This document shows positions 41,001 through 56,000 of a stretch of 64,000 bases of DNA, in pieces. Within the stretch, counting starts at the first letter, position 1. Each line of letters starts with the position of its first letter. Source of the DNA: Eledone cirrhosa (taxonomy: Eukaryota); NCBI GenBank assembly GCA_964016885.1, contig OZ024740.1, forward strand, positions 432,698,001-432,762,000. The letters are read 5' to 3'. The position numbers were made by a program, and so were the translations under genes. The notes under the pieces were generated by a model, which was not told the origin of the DNA, searched no databases, and worked only from the letters and a program-made list of their open reading frames with translations.

Positions 41001-44000
41001 TGACAGAACCACAGAAGCAGTAAAAATGGAGACTTGATATGTGACAGAACTACAGAAGCACTAAGAATGGAGACTTGATATGTGACAGAACCACAGCAGC
41101 AGTAAGAATGGAGACTTGATATGTGACAGAACCACAGAATCAGTAAGAATGGAGACTTGATATGTGACAGAACCACAGAAGCACTAAGAATGGAGACTTG
41201 ATATGTGACAGAACCACAGAAGCAGTATGAATGGAGACTTGATATGTGACAGAACCACACAAGCAGTAAGAATGGAGACTTGATATGTGACAGAACCACA
41301 GAAGAAGTAAGAATGGAGACTTGATATGTGACAGAACCACACAATCAGTAAGAATGGAGACTTGATATGTAACAGAACTACAGAAGCAGTAAGAATGGAG
41401 ACTTGATATGTGACAGAACCACAGAAGCAGTAAGAATGGAGACTTGATATGTGACAGAACCACAGAAGCAGTAAAAATGGAGACTTGATATGTGACAGAA
41501 CTACAGAAGCACTAAGAATGGAGACTTGATATGTGACAGAACCACAGAAGCAGTAAAAATGGAGACTTGATATGTGACAGAACCACAGAAGCAGCAAGAA
41601 TGGAGACTTGATATGTGACAGAACCATACAATCAGTAAGAATGGAGACTTGATATGTGACAGAACCACAGAAGCAGTAAGAATGGAGACTTGATATGTGA
41701 CAGAACCACACAATCAGTAAGAATGGAGACTTGATATGTGACAGAACCACAGAATCAGTAAGAATGGAGACTTGATATGTGACAGAACCACAGAAGCACT
41801 AAGAATGGAGACTTGATATGTGACAGAACTACAGAAGCAGTAAGAATGGAGACTTGATATGTGACAGAACTACAGAAGCAGTAAGAATGGAGACTTGATA
41901 TGTGACAGAACCACAGAAGCAGTAAGAATGGAGACTTGATATGTGACAGAACCACAGAATCAGTAAGAATGGAGACTTGATATGTGACAGAACCACAGAA
42001 GCAGTAAGAATGGAGACTTAATATGTGACAGAACCACAGAAGCAGTAAGAATGGAGACTTGATATGTGACAGAAACACACAATCAGTAAGAATGGAGACT
42101 TGATATGTGACAGAACCACACAATCGGTAAGAATGGAGACTTGATATGTGACAGAACCACACAATCAGTAAGAATGGAGACTTGATATGTGACAGAACCA
42201 CAGAATCAGTAAGAATGGAGACTTGATATGTGACAGAACTACAGAAGCAGTAAGAATGGAGACTTGATATGTGACAGAACCACAGAATCAGTAATAATGG
42301 AGACTTGATATGTGACAGAACCACAGAAGCAGTAAGAATGGAGACTTGATATGTGGCAGAACCACAGAAGCAGTAAGAATGGAGACTTGATATGTGACAG
42401 AACCACAACATCAGTAATAATGGAGACTTGATATGTGACAGAACCACAGAAGCAGTAAGAATGGAGACTTGATATGTGACAGAACCACAGAAGCAGTAAG
42501 AATGGAGACTTGATATGTGACAGAACCACAGAAGCAGTAAGAATGGAGACTTGATATGTGACAGAACCACAGAAGCAGTAAGAATGGAGACTTGATATGT
42601 GACAGAACCATACAATCAGTAAGAATGGAGACTTGATATGTGACAGAACCACAGAAGCAGTAAGAATGGAGACTTGATATGTGACAGAACCATGCAATCA
42701 TTAAGAATGGAGACTTGATATGTGACAGAACCACAGAAGCAGTAAGAATGGAGACTTGATATGTGACAGAACCACAGAATCAGTAAAAATGGAGACTTGA
42801 TATGTGACAGAACCACAGAAGCAGTAAGAATGGAGACTTGATATGTGACAGAACCACAGAAGCACTAAGAATGGAGACTTGATATGTGACAGAACCACAG
42901 AAGCACTAAGAATGGAGACTTGATATGTGACAGAACCACAGAAGCAGTAAGAATGGAGACTTGATATGTGACAGAACCACAGAATCAGTAATAATGGAGA
43001 CTTGATATGTGACAGAACCACAGAAGCAGTAAGAATGGAGACTTGATATGTGCCAGAACCACAGAAGCAGTAAGAATGGAGACTTGATATGTGACAGAAC
43101 CACAGAAGCAGTAAGAATGGAGACTTGATATGTGACAGAACCATACAATCAGTAAGAATGGAGACTTGATATGTGACAGAACCACAGAAGCAGTAAGAAT
43201 GGAGACTTGATATGTGACAGAACCATGCAATCATTAAGAATGGAGACTTGATATGTGACAGAACCACAGAAGCAGTAAGAATGGAGACTTGATATGTGAC
43301 AGAACCACAGAATCAGTAAAAATGGAGACTTGATATGTGATAGAACCACAGAAGCAGTAAGAATGGAGACTTGATATGTGACAGAACCATGCAATCATTA
43401 AGAATGGAGACTTAATATGTGACAGAACCACAGAAGCAGTAAGAATGGAGACTTGATATGTGACAGAACCACAGAAGCAGTAAGAATGGAGACTTGATAT
43501 GTGACAGAACCACAGAATCAGTAAGAATGGAGACTTAATATGTGACAGAACCACAGAAGCAGTAAGAATGGAGACTTGATATGTGACAGAACCACAGAAT
43601 CAGTAAGAATGGAGACTTGATATGTGACAAAACCACAGAATCAGTAAGAATGGAGACTTAATATGTGACAGAACCACAGAAGCAGTAAGAATGGAGACTT
43701 GATATGTGACAGAACCACAGAAGCAGTAAGAATGGAGACTTGATATGTGACAGAACCACAGAATCAGTAAGAATGGAGACTTGATATGTGACAGAACCAC
43801 AGAATCAGTAAGAATGGAGACTTAATATGTGACAGAACCACAGAAGCAGTAAGAATGGAGACTTGATATGTGACAGAACCACAGAAGCAGTAAGAATGGA
43901 GACTTGATATGTGACAGAACCACAGAAGCAGTAAGAATGGAGACTTGATATGTGACAGAACGACAGAAGCAGTAAGAATGGAGACTTGATATGTGACAGA

Positions 44001-47000
44001 ACCACAGAATCAGTAAGAATGGAGACTTGATATGTAACAGAACCACAGAAGCAGTAAGAATGGAGACTTGGTATGTAACAGAACCACACAATCAGTAAAA
44101 ATGGAGACTTGATATGTAACAGAACCACACAATCAGTAAGAATGGAGACTTGATATGTGACAGAACCATACAAGCAGTAAGAACGGAGGCTTGATATGTG
44201 ACAGAACCACAGAATCAGTAAGAATGGAGACATGATATGTAACAGAACCACACAATCAGTAAGAATGGAGACTTGATATGTAACAGAACCACACAATCAG
44301 TAAGAATGGAGACTTGATATGTGACAGAACCACACAATCAGTAAGAATGGAGACTTAATATGCGACAGAACCACAGAATCAGTAAGAATGGAGACTTGAT
44401 ATGTGACAGAACCACAGAAGCACTAAGAATGGAGACTTGATATGTGACAGAACCACAGAAGCAGTAAGAATGGAGACTTGATATGTGACAGAACCACAGA
44501 AGCAGTAAAAATGGAGACTTGATATGTGACAGAACTACAGAAACACTAAGAATGGAGACTTGATATGTGACAGAACCACAGCAGCAGTAAGAATGGAGAC
44601 TTGATATGTGACAGAACCACAGAATCAGTTAGAATGGAGACTTGATATGTGACAGAACCACAGAAGCACTAAGAATGGAGACTTGATATGTGACAGAACC
44701 ACAGAAGCAGTAAGAATGGAGACTTGATATGTGACAGAACCACACAAGCAGTAAGAATGGAGACTTGATATGTGACAGAACCACACAAGCAGTAAGAATG
44801 GAGACTTGATATGTGACAAAACCACAGAATCAGTAAGAATGGAGACTTAATATGTGACAGAACCACAGAAGTAGTGAGAATGTAGACTTGATATGTGACA
44901 GAACCACAGAAGCAGTAAGAATGGAGACTTGATATGTGACAGAACCACAGAATCAGTAAGAATGGAGACTTGATATGTGACAGAACCACAGAATCAGTAA
45001 GAATGGAGACTTAATATGTGACAGAACCACAGAAGCAGTAAGAATGGAGACTTGATATGTGACAGAACCACAGAAGCAGTAAGAATGGAGACTTGATATG
45101 TGACAGAACCACAGAAGCAGTAAGAATGGAGACTTGATATGTGACAGAACCACAGAATCAGTAATAATGGAGACTTGATATGTGACAGAACCACAGAATC
45201 AGTAATAATGGAGACTTGATATGTGACAGAACCACAGAAGCAGTAAGAATGGAGACTTGATATGTGACAGAACCACAGAAGCAGTAAGAATGGAGACTTG
45301 ATATGTGACAGAACCACAGAATCAGTAAGAATGGAGACTTAATATGTGACAGAACCACAGAAGCAGTAAGAATGGAGACTTGATATGTGACAGAACCACA
45401 GAAGCAGTAAGAATGGAGACTTGATATGTGACAGAACCACAGAAGCAGTAAGAATGGAGACTTGATATGTGACAGAACCACAGAATCAGTAATAATGGAG
45501 ACTTGATACGTGACAGAACCACAGAAGCAGTAAGAATGGAGACTTGATATGTGACAGAACCACAGAAGCAGTAAGAATGGAGACTTGATATGTGACAGAA
45601 CCACAACATCAGTAATAATGGAGACTTGATATGTGACAGAACCACAGAAGCAGTAAGAATGGAGACTTGATATGTGACAGAACCACAGAAGCAGTAAGAA
45701 TGGAGACTTGATATGTGACAGAACCACAGAAGCAGTAAGAATGGAGACTTGATATGTGACAGAACCACAGAAGCAGTAAGAATGGAGACTTGATATGTGA
45801 CAGAACCATACAATCAGTAAGAATGGAGACTTGATATGTGACAGAACCACAGAAGCAGTAAGAATGGAGACTTGATATGTGACAGAACCATGCAATCATT
45901 AAGAATGGAGACTTGATATGTGACAGAACCACAGAAGCAGTAAGAATGGAGACTTGATATGTGACAGAACCACAGAATCAGTAAAAATGGAGACTTGATA
46001 TGTGACAGAACCACAGAAGCAGTAAGAATGGAGACTTGATATGTGACAGAACCACAGAAGCACTAAGAATGGAGACTTGATATGTGACAGAACCACAGAA
46101 GCACTAAGAATGGAGACTTGATATGTGACAGAACCACAGAAGCAGTAAGAATGGAGACTTGATATGTGACAGAACCACAGAATCAGTAATAATGGAGACT
46201 TGATATGTGACAGAACCACAGAAGCAGTAAGAATGGAGACTTGATATGTGACAGAACCACAGAAGCAGTAAGAATGGAGACTTGATATGTGACAGAACCA
46301 CAGAAGCAGTAAGAATGGAGACTTGATATGTGACAGAACCATACAATCAGTAAGAATGGAGACTTGATATGTGACAGAACCACAGAAGCAGTAAGAATGG
46401 AGACTTGATATGTGACAGAACCATGCAATCATTAAGAATGGAGACTTGATATGTGACAGAACCACAGAAGCAGTAAGAATGGAGACTTGATATGTGACAG
46501 AACCACAGAATCAGTAAAAATGGAGACTTGATATGTGATAGAACCACAGAAGCAGTAAGAATGGAGACTTGATATGTGACAGAACCATGCAATCATTAAG
46601 AATGGAGACTTAATATGTGACAGAACCACAGAAGCAGTAAGAATGGAGACTTGATATGTGACAGAACCACAGAAGCAGTAAGAATGGAGACTTGATATGT
46701 GACAGAACCACAGAATCAGTAAGAATGGAGACTTAATATGTGACAGAACCACAGAAGCAGTAAGAATGGAGACTTGATATGTGACAGAACCACAGAATCA
46801 GTAAGAATGGAGACTTGATATGTGACAAAACCACAGAATCAGTAAGAATGGAGACTTAATATGTGACAGAACCACAGAAGCAGTAAGAATGGAGACTTGA
46901 TATGTGACAGAACCACAGAAGCAGTAAGAATGGAGACTTGATATGTGACAGAACCACAGAATCAGTAAGAATGGAGACTTGATATGTGACAGAACCACAG

Positions 47001-50000
47001 AATCAGTAAGAATGGAGACTTAATATGTGACAGAACCACAGAAGCAGTAAGAATGGAGACTTGATATGTGACAGAACCACAGAAGCAGTAAGAATGGAGA
47101 CTTGATATGTGACAGAACCACAGAAGCAGTAAGAATGGAGACTTGATATGTGACAGAACCACACAATCAGTAAGAATGGAGACTTGATATGTGACAGAAC
47201 CACACAATCAGTAAGAATGGAGACTTGATATGTGACAGAACCACAGAAGCACTAAGAATGGAGACTTGATATGTGACAGAACCACAGAAGCAGTAAGAAT
47301 GGAGACTTGATATGTGACAGAACCACAGAATCAGTAAGAATGGAGACTTGATATGTAACAGAACCACACAATCAGTAAGAATGGAGACTTGATATGTAAC
47401 AGAACCACACAATCAGTAAGAATGGAGACTTGATATGTGACAGAACCACAGAAGCAGTAAGAATGGAGACTTGATATGTGACAGAACCACAGAATCAGTA
47501 AGAATGGAGACTTGATATGTGACAGAACCACAGAAGCACTAAGAATGGAGACTTGATATGTGACAGAACCACAGAAGCAGTAAAAATGGAGACTTGATAT
47601 GTGACAGAACTACAGAAGCACTAAGAATGGAGACTTGATATGTGACAGAACCACAGCAGCAGTAAGAATGGAGACTTGATATGTGACAGAACCACAGAAT
47701 CAGTAAGAATGGAGACTTGATATGTGACAGAACCACAGAAGCACTAAGAATGGAGACTTGATATGTGACAGAACCACAGAAGCAGTATGAATGGAGACTT
47801 GATATGTGACAGAACCACACAAGCAGTAAGAATGGAGACTTGATATGTGACAGAACCACAGAAGAAGTAAGAATGGAGACTTGATATGTGACAGAACCAC
47901 ACAATCAGTAAGAATGGAGACTTGATATGTAACAGAACTACAGAAGCAGTAAGAATGGAGACTTGATATGTGACAGAACCACAGAAGCAGTAAGAATGGA
48001 GACTTGATATGTGACAGAACCACAGAAGCAGTAAAAATGGAGACTTGATATGTGACAGAACTACAGAAGCACTAAGAATGGAGACTTGATATGTGACAGA
48101 ACCACAGAAGCAGTAAAAATGGAGACTTGATATGTGACAGAACCACAGAAGCAGCAAGAATGGAGACTTGATATGTGACAGAACCATACAATCAGTAAGA
48201 ATGGAGACTTGATATGTGACAGAACCACAGAAGCAGTAAGAATGGAGACTTGATATGTGACAGAACCACACAATCAGTAAGAATGGAGACTTGATATGTG
48301 ACAGAACCACAGAATCAGTAAGAATGGAGACTTGATATGTGACAGAACCACAGAAGCACTAAGAATGGAGACTTGATATGTGACAGAACTACAGAAGCAG
48401 TAAGAATGGAGACTTGATATGTGACAGAACTACAGAAGCAGTAAGAATGGAGACTTGATATGTGACAGAACCACAGAAGCAGTAAGAATGGAGACTTGAT
48501 ATGTGACAGAACCACAGAATCAGTAAGAATGGAGACTTGATATGTGACAGAACCACAGAAGCAGTAAGAATGGAGACTTAATATGTGACAGAACCACAGA
48601 AGCAGTAAGAATGGAGACTTGATATGTGACAGAAACACACAATCAGTAAGAATGGAGACTTGATATGTGACAGAACCACACAATCGGTAAGAATGGAGAC
48701 TTGATATGTGACAGAACCACACAATCAGTAAGAATGGAGACTTGATATGTGACAGAACCACAGAATCAGTAAGAATGGAGACTTGATATGTGACAGAACT
48801 ACAGAAGCAGTAAGAATGGAGACTTGATATGTGACAGAACCACAGAATCAGTAATAATGGAGACTTGATATGTGACAGAACCACAGAAGCAGTAAGAATG
48901 GAGACTTGATATGTGGCAGAACCACAGAAGCAGTAAGAATGGAGACTTGATATGTGACAGAACCACAACATCAGTAATAATGGAGACTTGATATGTGACA
49001 GAACCACAGAAGCAGTAAGAATGGAGACTTGATATGTGACAGAACCACAGAAGCAGTAAGAATGGAGACTTGATATGTGACAGAACCACAGAAGCAGTAA
49101 GAATGGAGACTTGATATGTGACAGAACCACAGAAGCAGTAAGAATGGAGACTTGATATGTGACAGAACCATACAATCAGTAAGAATGGAGACTTGATATG
49201 TGACAGAACCACAGAAGCAGTAAGAATGGAGACTTGATATGTGACAGAACCATGCAATCATTAAGAATGGAGACTTGATATGTGACAGAACCACAGAAGC
49301 AGTAAGAATGGAGACTTGATATGTGACAGAACCACAGAATCAGTAAAAATGGAGACTTGATATGTGACAGAACCACAGAAGCAGTAAGAATGGAGACTTG
49401 ATATGTGACAGAACCACAGAAGCACTAAGAATGGAGACTTGATATGTGACAGAACCACAGAAGCACTAAGAATGGAGACTTGATATGTGACAGAACCACA
49501 GAAGCAGTAAGAATGGAGACTTGATATGTGACAGAACCACAGAATCAGTAATAATGGAGACTTGATATGTGACAGAACCACAGAAGCAGTAAGAATGGAG
49601 ACTTGATATGTGCCAGAACCACAGAAGCAGTAAGAATGGAGACTTGATATGTGACAGAACCACAGAAGCAGTAAGAATGGAGACTTGATATGTGACAGAA
49701 CCATACAATCAGTAAGAATGGAGACTTGATATGTGACAGAACCACAGAAGCAGTAAGAATGGAGACTTGATATGTGACAGAACCATGCAATCATTAAGAA
49801 TGGAGACTTGATATGTGACAGAACCACAGAAGCAGTAAGAATGGAGACTTGATATGTGACAGAACCACAGAATCAGTAAAAATGGAGACTTGATATGTGA
49901 TAGAACCACAGAAGCAGTAAGAATGGAGACTTGATATGTGACAGAACCATGCAATCATTAAGAATGGAGACTTAATATGTGACAGAACCACAGAAGCAGT

Positions 50001-53000
50001 AAGAATGGAGACTTGATATGTGACAGAACCACAGAAGCAGTAAGAATGGAGACTTGATATGTGACAGAACCACAGAATCAGTAAGAATGGAGACTTAATA
50101 TGTGACAGAACCACAGAAGCAGTAAGAATGGAGACTTGATATGTGACAGAACCACAGAATCAGTAAGAATGGAGACTTGATATGTGACAAAACCACAGAA
50201 TCAGTAAGAATGGAGACTTAATATGTGACAGAACCACAGAAGCAGTAAGAATGGAGACTTGATATGTGACAGAACCACAGAAGCAGTAAGAATGGAGACT
50301 TGATATGTGACAGAACCACAGAATCAGTAAGAATGGAGACTTGATATGTGACAGAACCACAGAATCAGTAAGAATGGAGACTTAATATGTGACAGAACCA
50401 CAGAAGCAGTAAGAATGGAGACTTGATATGTGACAGAACCACAGAAGCAGTAAGAATGGAGACTTGATATGTGACAGAACCACAGAAGCAGTAAGAATGG
50501 AGACTTGATATGTGACAGAACCACACAATCAGTAAGAATGGAGACTTGATATGTGACAGAACCACACAATCAGTAAGAATGGAGACTTGATATGTGACAG
50601 AACCACAGAAGCACTAAGAATGGAGACTTGATATGTGACAGAACCACAGAAGCAGTAAGAATGGAGACTTGATATGTGACAGAACCACAGAATCAGTAAG
50701 AATGGAGACTTGATATGTAACAGAACCACACAATCAGTAAGAATGGAGACTTGATATGTAACAGAACCACACAATCAGTAAGAATGGAGACTTGATATGT
50801 GACAGAACCACAGAAGCAGTAAGAATGGAGACTTGATATGTGACAGAACCACAGAATCAGTAAGAATGGAGACTTGATATGTGACAGAACCACAGAAGCA
50901 CTAAGAATGGAGACTTGATATGTGACAGAACCACAGAAGCAGTAAGAATGGAGACTTGATATGTGACAGAACCACAGAAGCAGTAAAAATGGAGACTTGA
51001 TATGTGACAGAACTACAGAAGCACTAAGAATGGAGACTTGATATGTGACAGAACCACAGCAGCAGTAAGAATGGAGACTTGATATGTGACAGAACCACAG
51101 AATCAGTAAGAATGGAGACTTGATATGTGACAGAACCACAGAAGCACTAAGAATGGAGACTTGATATGTGACAGAACCACAGAAGCAGTAAGAATGGAGA
51201 CTTGATATGTGACAGAACCACACAAGCAGTAAGAATGGAGACTTGATATGTGACAGAACCACAGAAGAAGTAAGAATGGAGACTTGATATGTGACAGAAC
51301 CACACAATCAGTAAGAATGGAGACTTGATATGTAACAGAACTACAGAAGCAGTAAGAATGGAGACTTGATATGTGACAGAACCACAGAAGCAGTAAGAAT
51401 GGAGACTTGATATGTGACAGAACCACAGAAGCAGTAAAAATGGAGACTTGATATGTGACAGAACTACAGAAGCACTAAGAATGGAGACTTGATATGTGAC
51501 AGAACCACAGAAGCAGTAAAAATGGAGACTTGATATGTGACAGAACCACAGAAGCAGTAAGAATGGAGACTTGATATGTGACAGAACCATACAATCAGTA
51601 AGAATGGAGACTTGATATGTGACAGAACCACAGAAGCAGTAAGAATGGAGACTTGATATGTGACAGAACCACACAATCAGTAAGAATGGAGACTTGATAT
51701 GTGACAGAACCACAGAATCAGTAAGAATGGAGACTTGATATGTGACAGAACCACAGAAGCACTAAGAATGGAGACTTGATATGTGACAGAACTACAGAAG
51801 CAGTAAGAATGGAGACTTGATATGTGACAGAACTACAGAAGCAGTAAGAATGGAGACTTGATATGTGACAGAACCACAGAAGCAGTAAGAATGGAGACTT
51901 GATATGTGACAGAACCACAGAATCAGTAAGAATGGAGACTTGATATGTGACAGAACCACAGAAGCAGTAAGAATGGAGACTTAATATGTGACAGAACCAC
52001 AGAAGCAGTAAGAATGGAGACTTGATATGTGACAGAAACACACAATCAGTAAGAATGGAGCCTTGATATGTGACAGAACCACACAATCGGTAAGAATGGA
52101 GACTTGATATGTGAGAGAACCACACAATCAGTAAGAATGGAGACTTGATATGTGACAGAACCACAGAATCAGTAAGAATGGAGACTTGATATGTGACAGA
52201 ACTACAGAAGCAGTAAGAATGGAGACTTGATATGTGACAGAACCACAGAATCAGTAAGAATGGAGACTTGATATGTGACAGAACTACAGAAGCAGTAAGA
52301 ATGGAGACTTGATATGTGACAGAACCACAGAATCAGTAAGAATGGAGACTTGATATGTGACAGAACCACAGAATCAGTAAGAATGGAGACTTGATATGTA
52401 ACAGAACCACAGAAGCAGTAAGAATGGAGACTTGGTATGTGACAGAACCACAGAAGCAGTAAGAATGGAGACTTGATATGTGACAGAACCACAGAATCAG
52501 TAAGAATGGAGACTTGGTATGTGACAGAACCACATAAGCAGTAAGAATGGAGACTTGATATGTGACAGAACCACAGAAGCAGTAAGAATGGAGACTTGGT
52601 ATGTGACAGAACCACATAAGCAGTAAGAATGGAGACTTGATATGTGACAGAACCACACAATCAGTAAGAATGGAGACTTAATATGCGACAGAACCACAGA
52701 AGCAGTAAGAATGGAGACTTGATATGTGACAGAACCACAGAAGCAGTAAGAATGGAGACTTGATATGTGACAGAACGACAGAAGCAGTAAGAATGGAGAC
52801 TTGATATGTGACAGAACCACAGAATCAGTAAGAATGGAGACTTGATATGTAACAGAACCACAGAAGCAGTAAGAATGGAGACTTGGTATGTAACAGAACC
52901 ACACAATCAGTAAGAATGGAGACTTGATATGTAACAGAACCACACAATCAGTAAGAATGGAGACTTGATATGTGACAGAACCATACAAGCAGTAAGAACG

Positions 53001-56000
53001 GAGGCTTGATATGTGACAGAACCACAGAATCAGTAAGAATGGAGACTTGATATGTAACAGAACCACACAATCAGTAAGAATGGAGACTTGATATGTAACA
53101 GAACCACACAAGCAGTAAGAATGGAGACTTGATATGTGACAGAACCACAGAAGAAGTAAGAATGGAGACTTGATATGTGACAGAACCACACAATCAGTAA
53201 GAATGGAGACTTGATATGTAACAGAACTACAGAAGCAGTAAGAATGGAGACTTGATATGTGACAGAACCACACAAGCAGTAAGAATGGAGACTTGATATG
53301 TGACAGAACCACAGAAGAAGTAAGAATGGAGACTTGATATGTGACAGAACCACACAATCAGTAAGAATGGAGACTTGATATGTAACAGAACTACAGAAGC
53401 AGTAAGAATGGAGACTTGATATGTGACAGAACCACAGAAGCAGTAAGAATGGAGACTTGATATGTGACAGAACCACAGAAGCAGTAAAAATGGAGACTTG
53501 ATATGTGACAGAACTACAGAAGCACTAAGAATGGAGACTTGATATGTGACAGAACCACAGAAGCAGTAAAAATGGAGACTTGATATGTGACAGAACCACA
53601 GAAGCAGTAAGAATGGAGACTTGATATGTGACAGAACCATACAATCAGTAAGAATGGAGACTTGATATGTGACAGAACCACAGAAGCAGTAAGAATGGAG
53701 ACTTGATATGTGACAGAACCACACAATCAGTAAGAATGGAGACTTGATATGTGACAGAACCACAGAATCAGTAAGAATGGAGACTTGATATGTGACAGAA
53801 CCACAGAAGCACTAAGAATGGAGACTTGATATGTGACAGAACTACAGAAGCAGTAAGAATGGAGACTTGATATGTGACAGAACTACAGAAGCAGTAAGAA
53901 TGGAGACTTGATATGTGACAGAACCACAGAAGCAGTAAGAATGGAGACTTGATATGTGACAGAACCACAGAATCAGTAAGAATGGAGACTTGATATGTGA
54001 CAGAACCACAGAAGCAGTAAGAATGGAGACTTAATATGTGACAGAACCACAGAAGCAGTAAGAATGGAGACTTGATATGTGACAGAAACACACAATCAGT
54101 AAGAATGGAGCCTTGATATGTGACAGAACCACACAATCGGTAAGAATGGAGACTTGATATGTGAGAGAACCACACAATCAGTAAGAATGGAGACTTGATA
54201 TGTGACAGAACCACAGAATCAGTAAGAATGGAGACTTGATATGTGACAGAACTACAGAAGCAGTAAGAATGGAGACTTGATATGTGACAGAACCACAGAA
54301 TCAGTAAGAATGGAGACTTGATATGTGACAGAACTACAGAAGCAGTAAGAATGGAGACTTGATATGTGACAGAACCACAGAATCAGTAAGAATGGAGACT
54401 TGATATGTGACAGAACCACAGAATCAGTAAGAATGGAGACTTGATATGTAACAGAACCACAGAAGCAGTAAGAATGGAGACTTGGTATGTGACAGAACCA
54501 CAGAAGCAGTAAGAATGGAGACTTGATATGTGACAGAACCACAGAATCAGTAAGAATGGAGACTTGGTATGTGACAGAACCACATAAGCAGTAAGAATGG
54601 AGACTTGATATGTGACAGAACCACAGAAGCAGTAAGAATGGAGACTTGGTATGTGACAGAACCACATAAGCAGTAAGAATGGAGACTTGATATGTGACAG
54701 AACCACACAATCAGTAAGAATGGAGACTTAATATGCGACAGAACCACAGAAGCAGTAAGAATGGAGACTTGATATGTGACAGAACCACAGAAGCAGTAAG
54801 AATGGAGACTTGATATGTGACAGAACGACAGAAGCAGTAAGAATGGAGACTTGATATGTGACAGAACCACAGAATCAGTAAGAATGGAGACTTGATATGT
54901 AACAGAACCACAGAAGCAGTAAGAATGGAGACTTGGTATGTAACAGAACCACACAATCAGTAAGAATGGAGACTTGATATGTAACAGAACCACACAATCA
55001 GTAAGAATGGAGACTTGATATGTGACAGAACCATACAAGCAGTAAGAACGGAGGCTTGATATGTGACAGAACCACAGAATCAGTAAGAATGGAGACTTGA
55101 TATGTAACAGAACCACACAATCAGTAAGAATGGAGACTTGATATGTAACAGAACCACACAATCGGTAAGAATGGAGACTTGATATGTGACAGAACCACAC
55201 AATCAGTAAGAATGGAGACTTAATATGCGACAGAACCACAGAATCAGTAAGAATGGAGACTTGATATGTAACCGAACCACAGAAGCACTAAGAATGGAGA
55301 CTTGATATGTGACAGAACCACAGAAGCAGTAAGAATGGAGACTTGATATGTGACAGAACCACAGAAGCAGTAAAAATGGAGACTTGATATGTGACAGCAC
55401 TACAGAAACACTAAGAATGGAGACTTGATATGTGACAGAACCACAGCAGCAGTAAGAATGGAGACTTGATATGTGACAGAACCACAGAATCAGTAAGAAT
55501 GGAGACTTGATATGTGACAGAACCACAGAACCACTAAGAATGGAGACTTGATATGTGACAGAACCACAGAAGCAGTAAGAATGGAGACTTGATATGTGAC
55601 AGAACCACACAAGCAGTAAGAATGGAGACTTGATATGTGACAGAACCACAGAAGAAGTAAGAATGGAGACTTGATATGTGACAGAACCACACAATCAGTA
55701 AGAATGGAGACTTGATATGTAACAGAACTACAGAAGCAGTAAGAATGGAGACTTGATATGTGACAGAACCACAGAAGCAGTAAGAATGGAGACTTGATAT
55801 GTGACAGAACCACAGAAGCAGTAAAAATGGAGACTTGATATGTGACAGAACTACAGAAGCACTAAGAATGGAGACTTGATATGTGACAGAACCACAGAAG
55901 CAGTAAAAATGGAGACTTGATATGTGACAGAACCACAGAAGCAGTAAGAATGGAGACTTGATATGTGACAGAACCATACAATCAGTAAGAATGGAGACTT

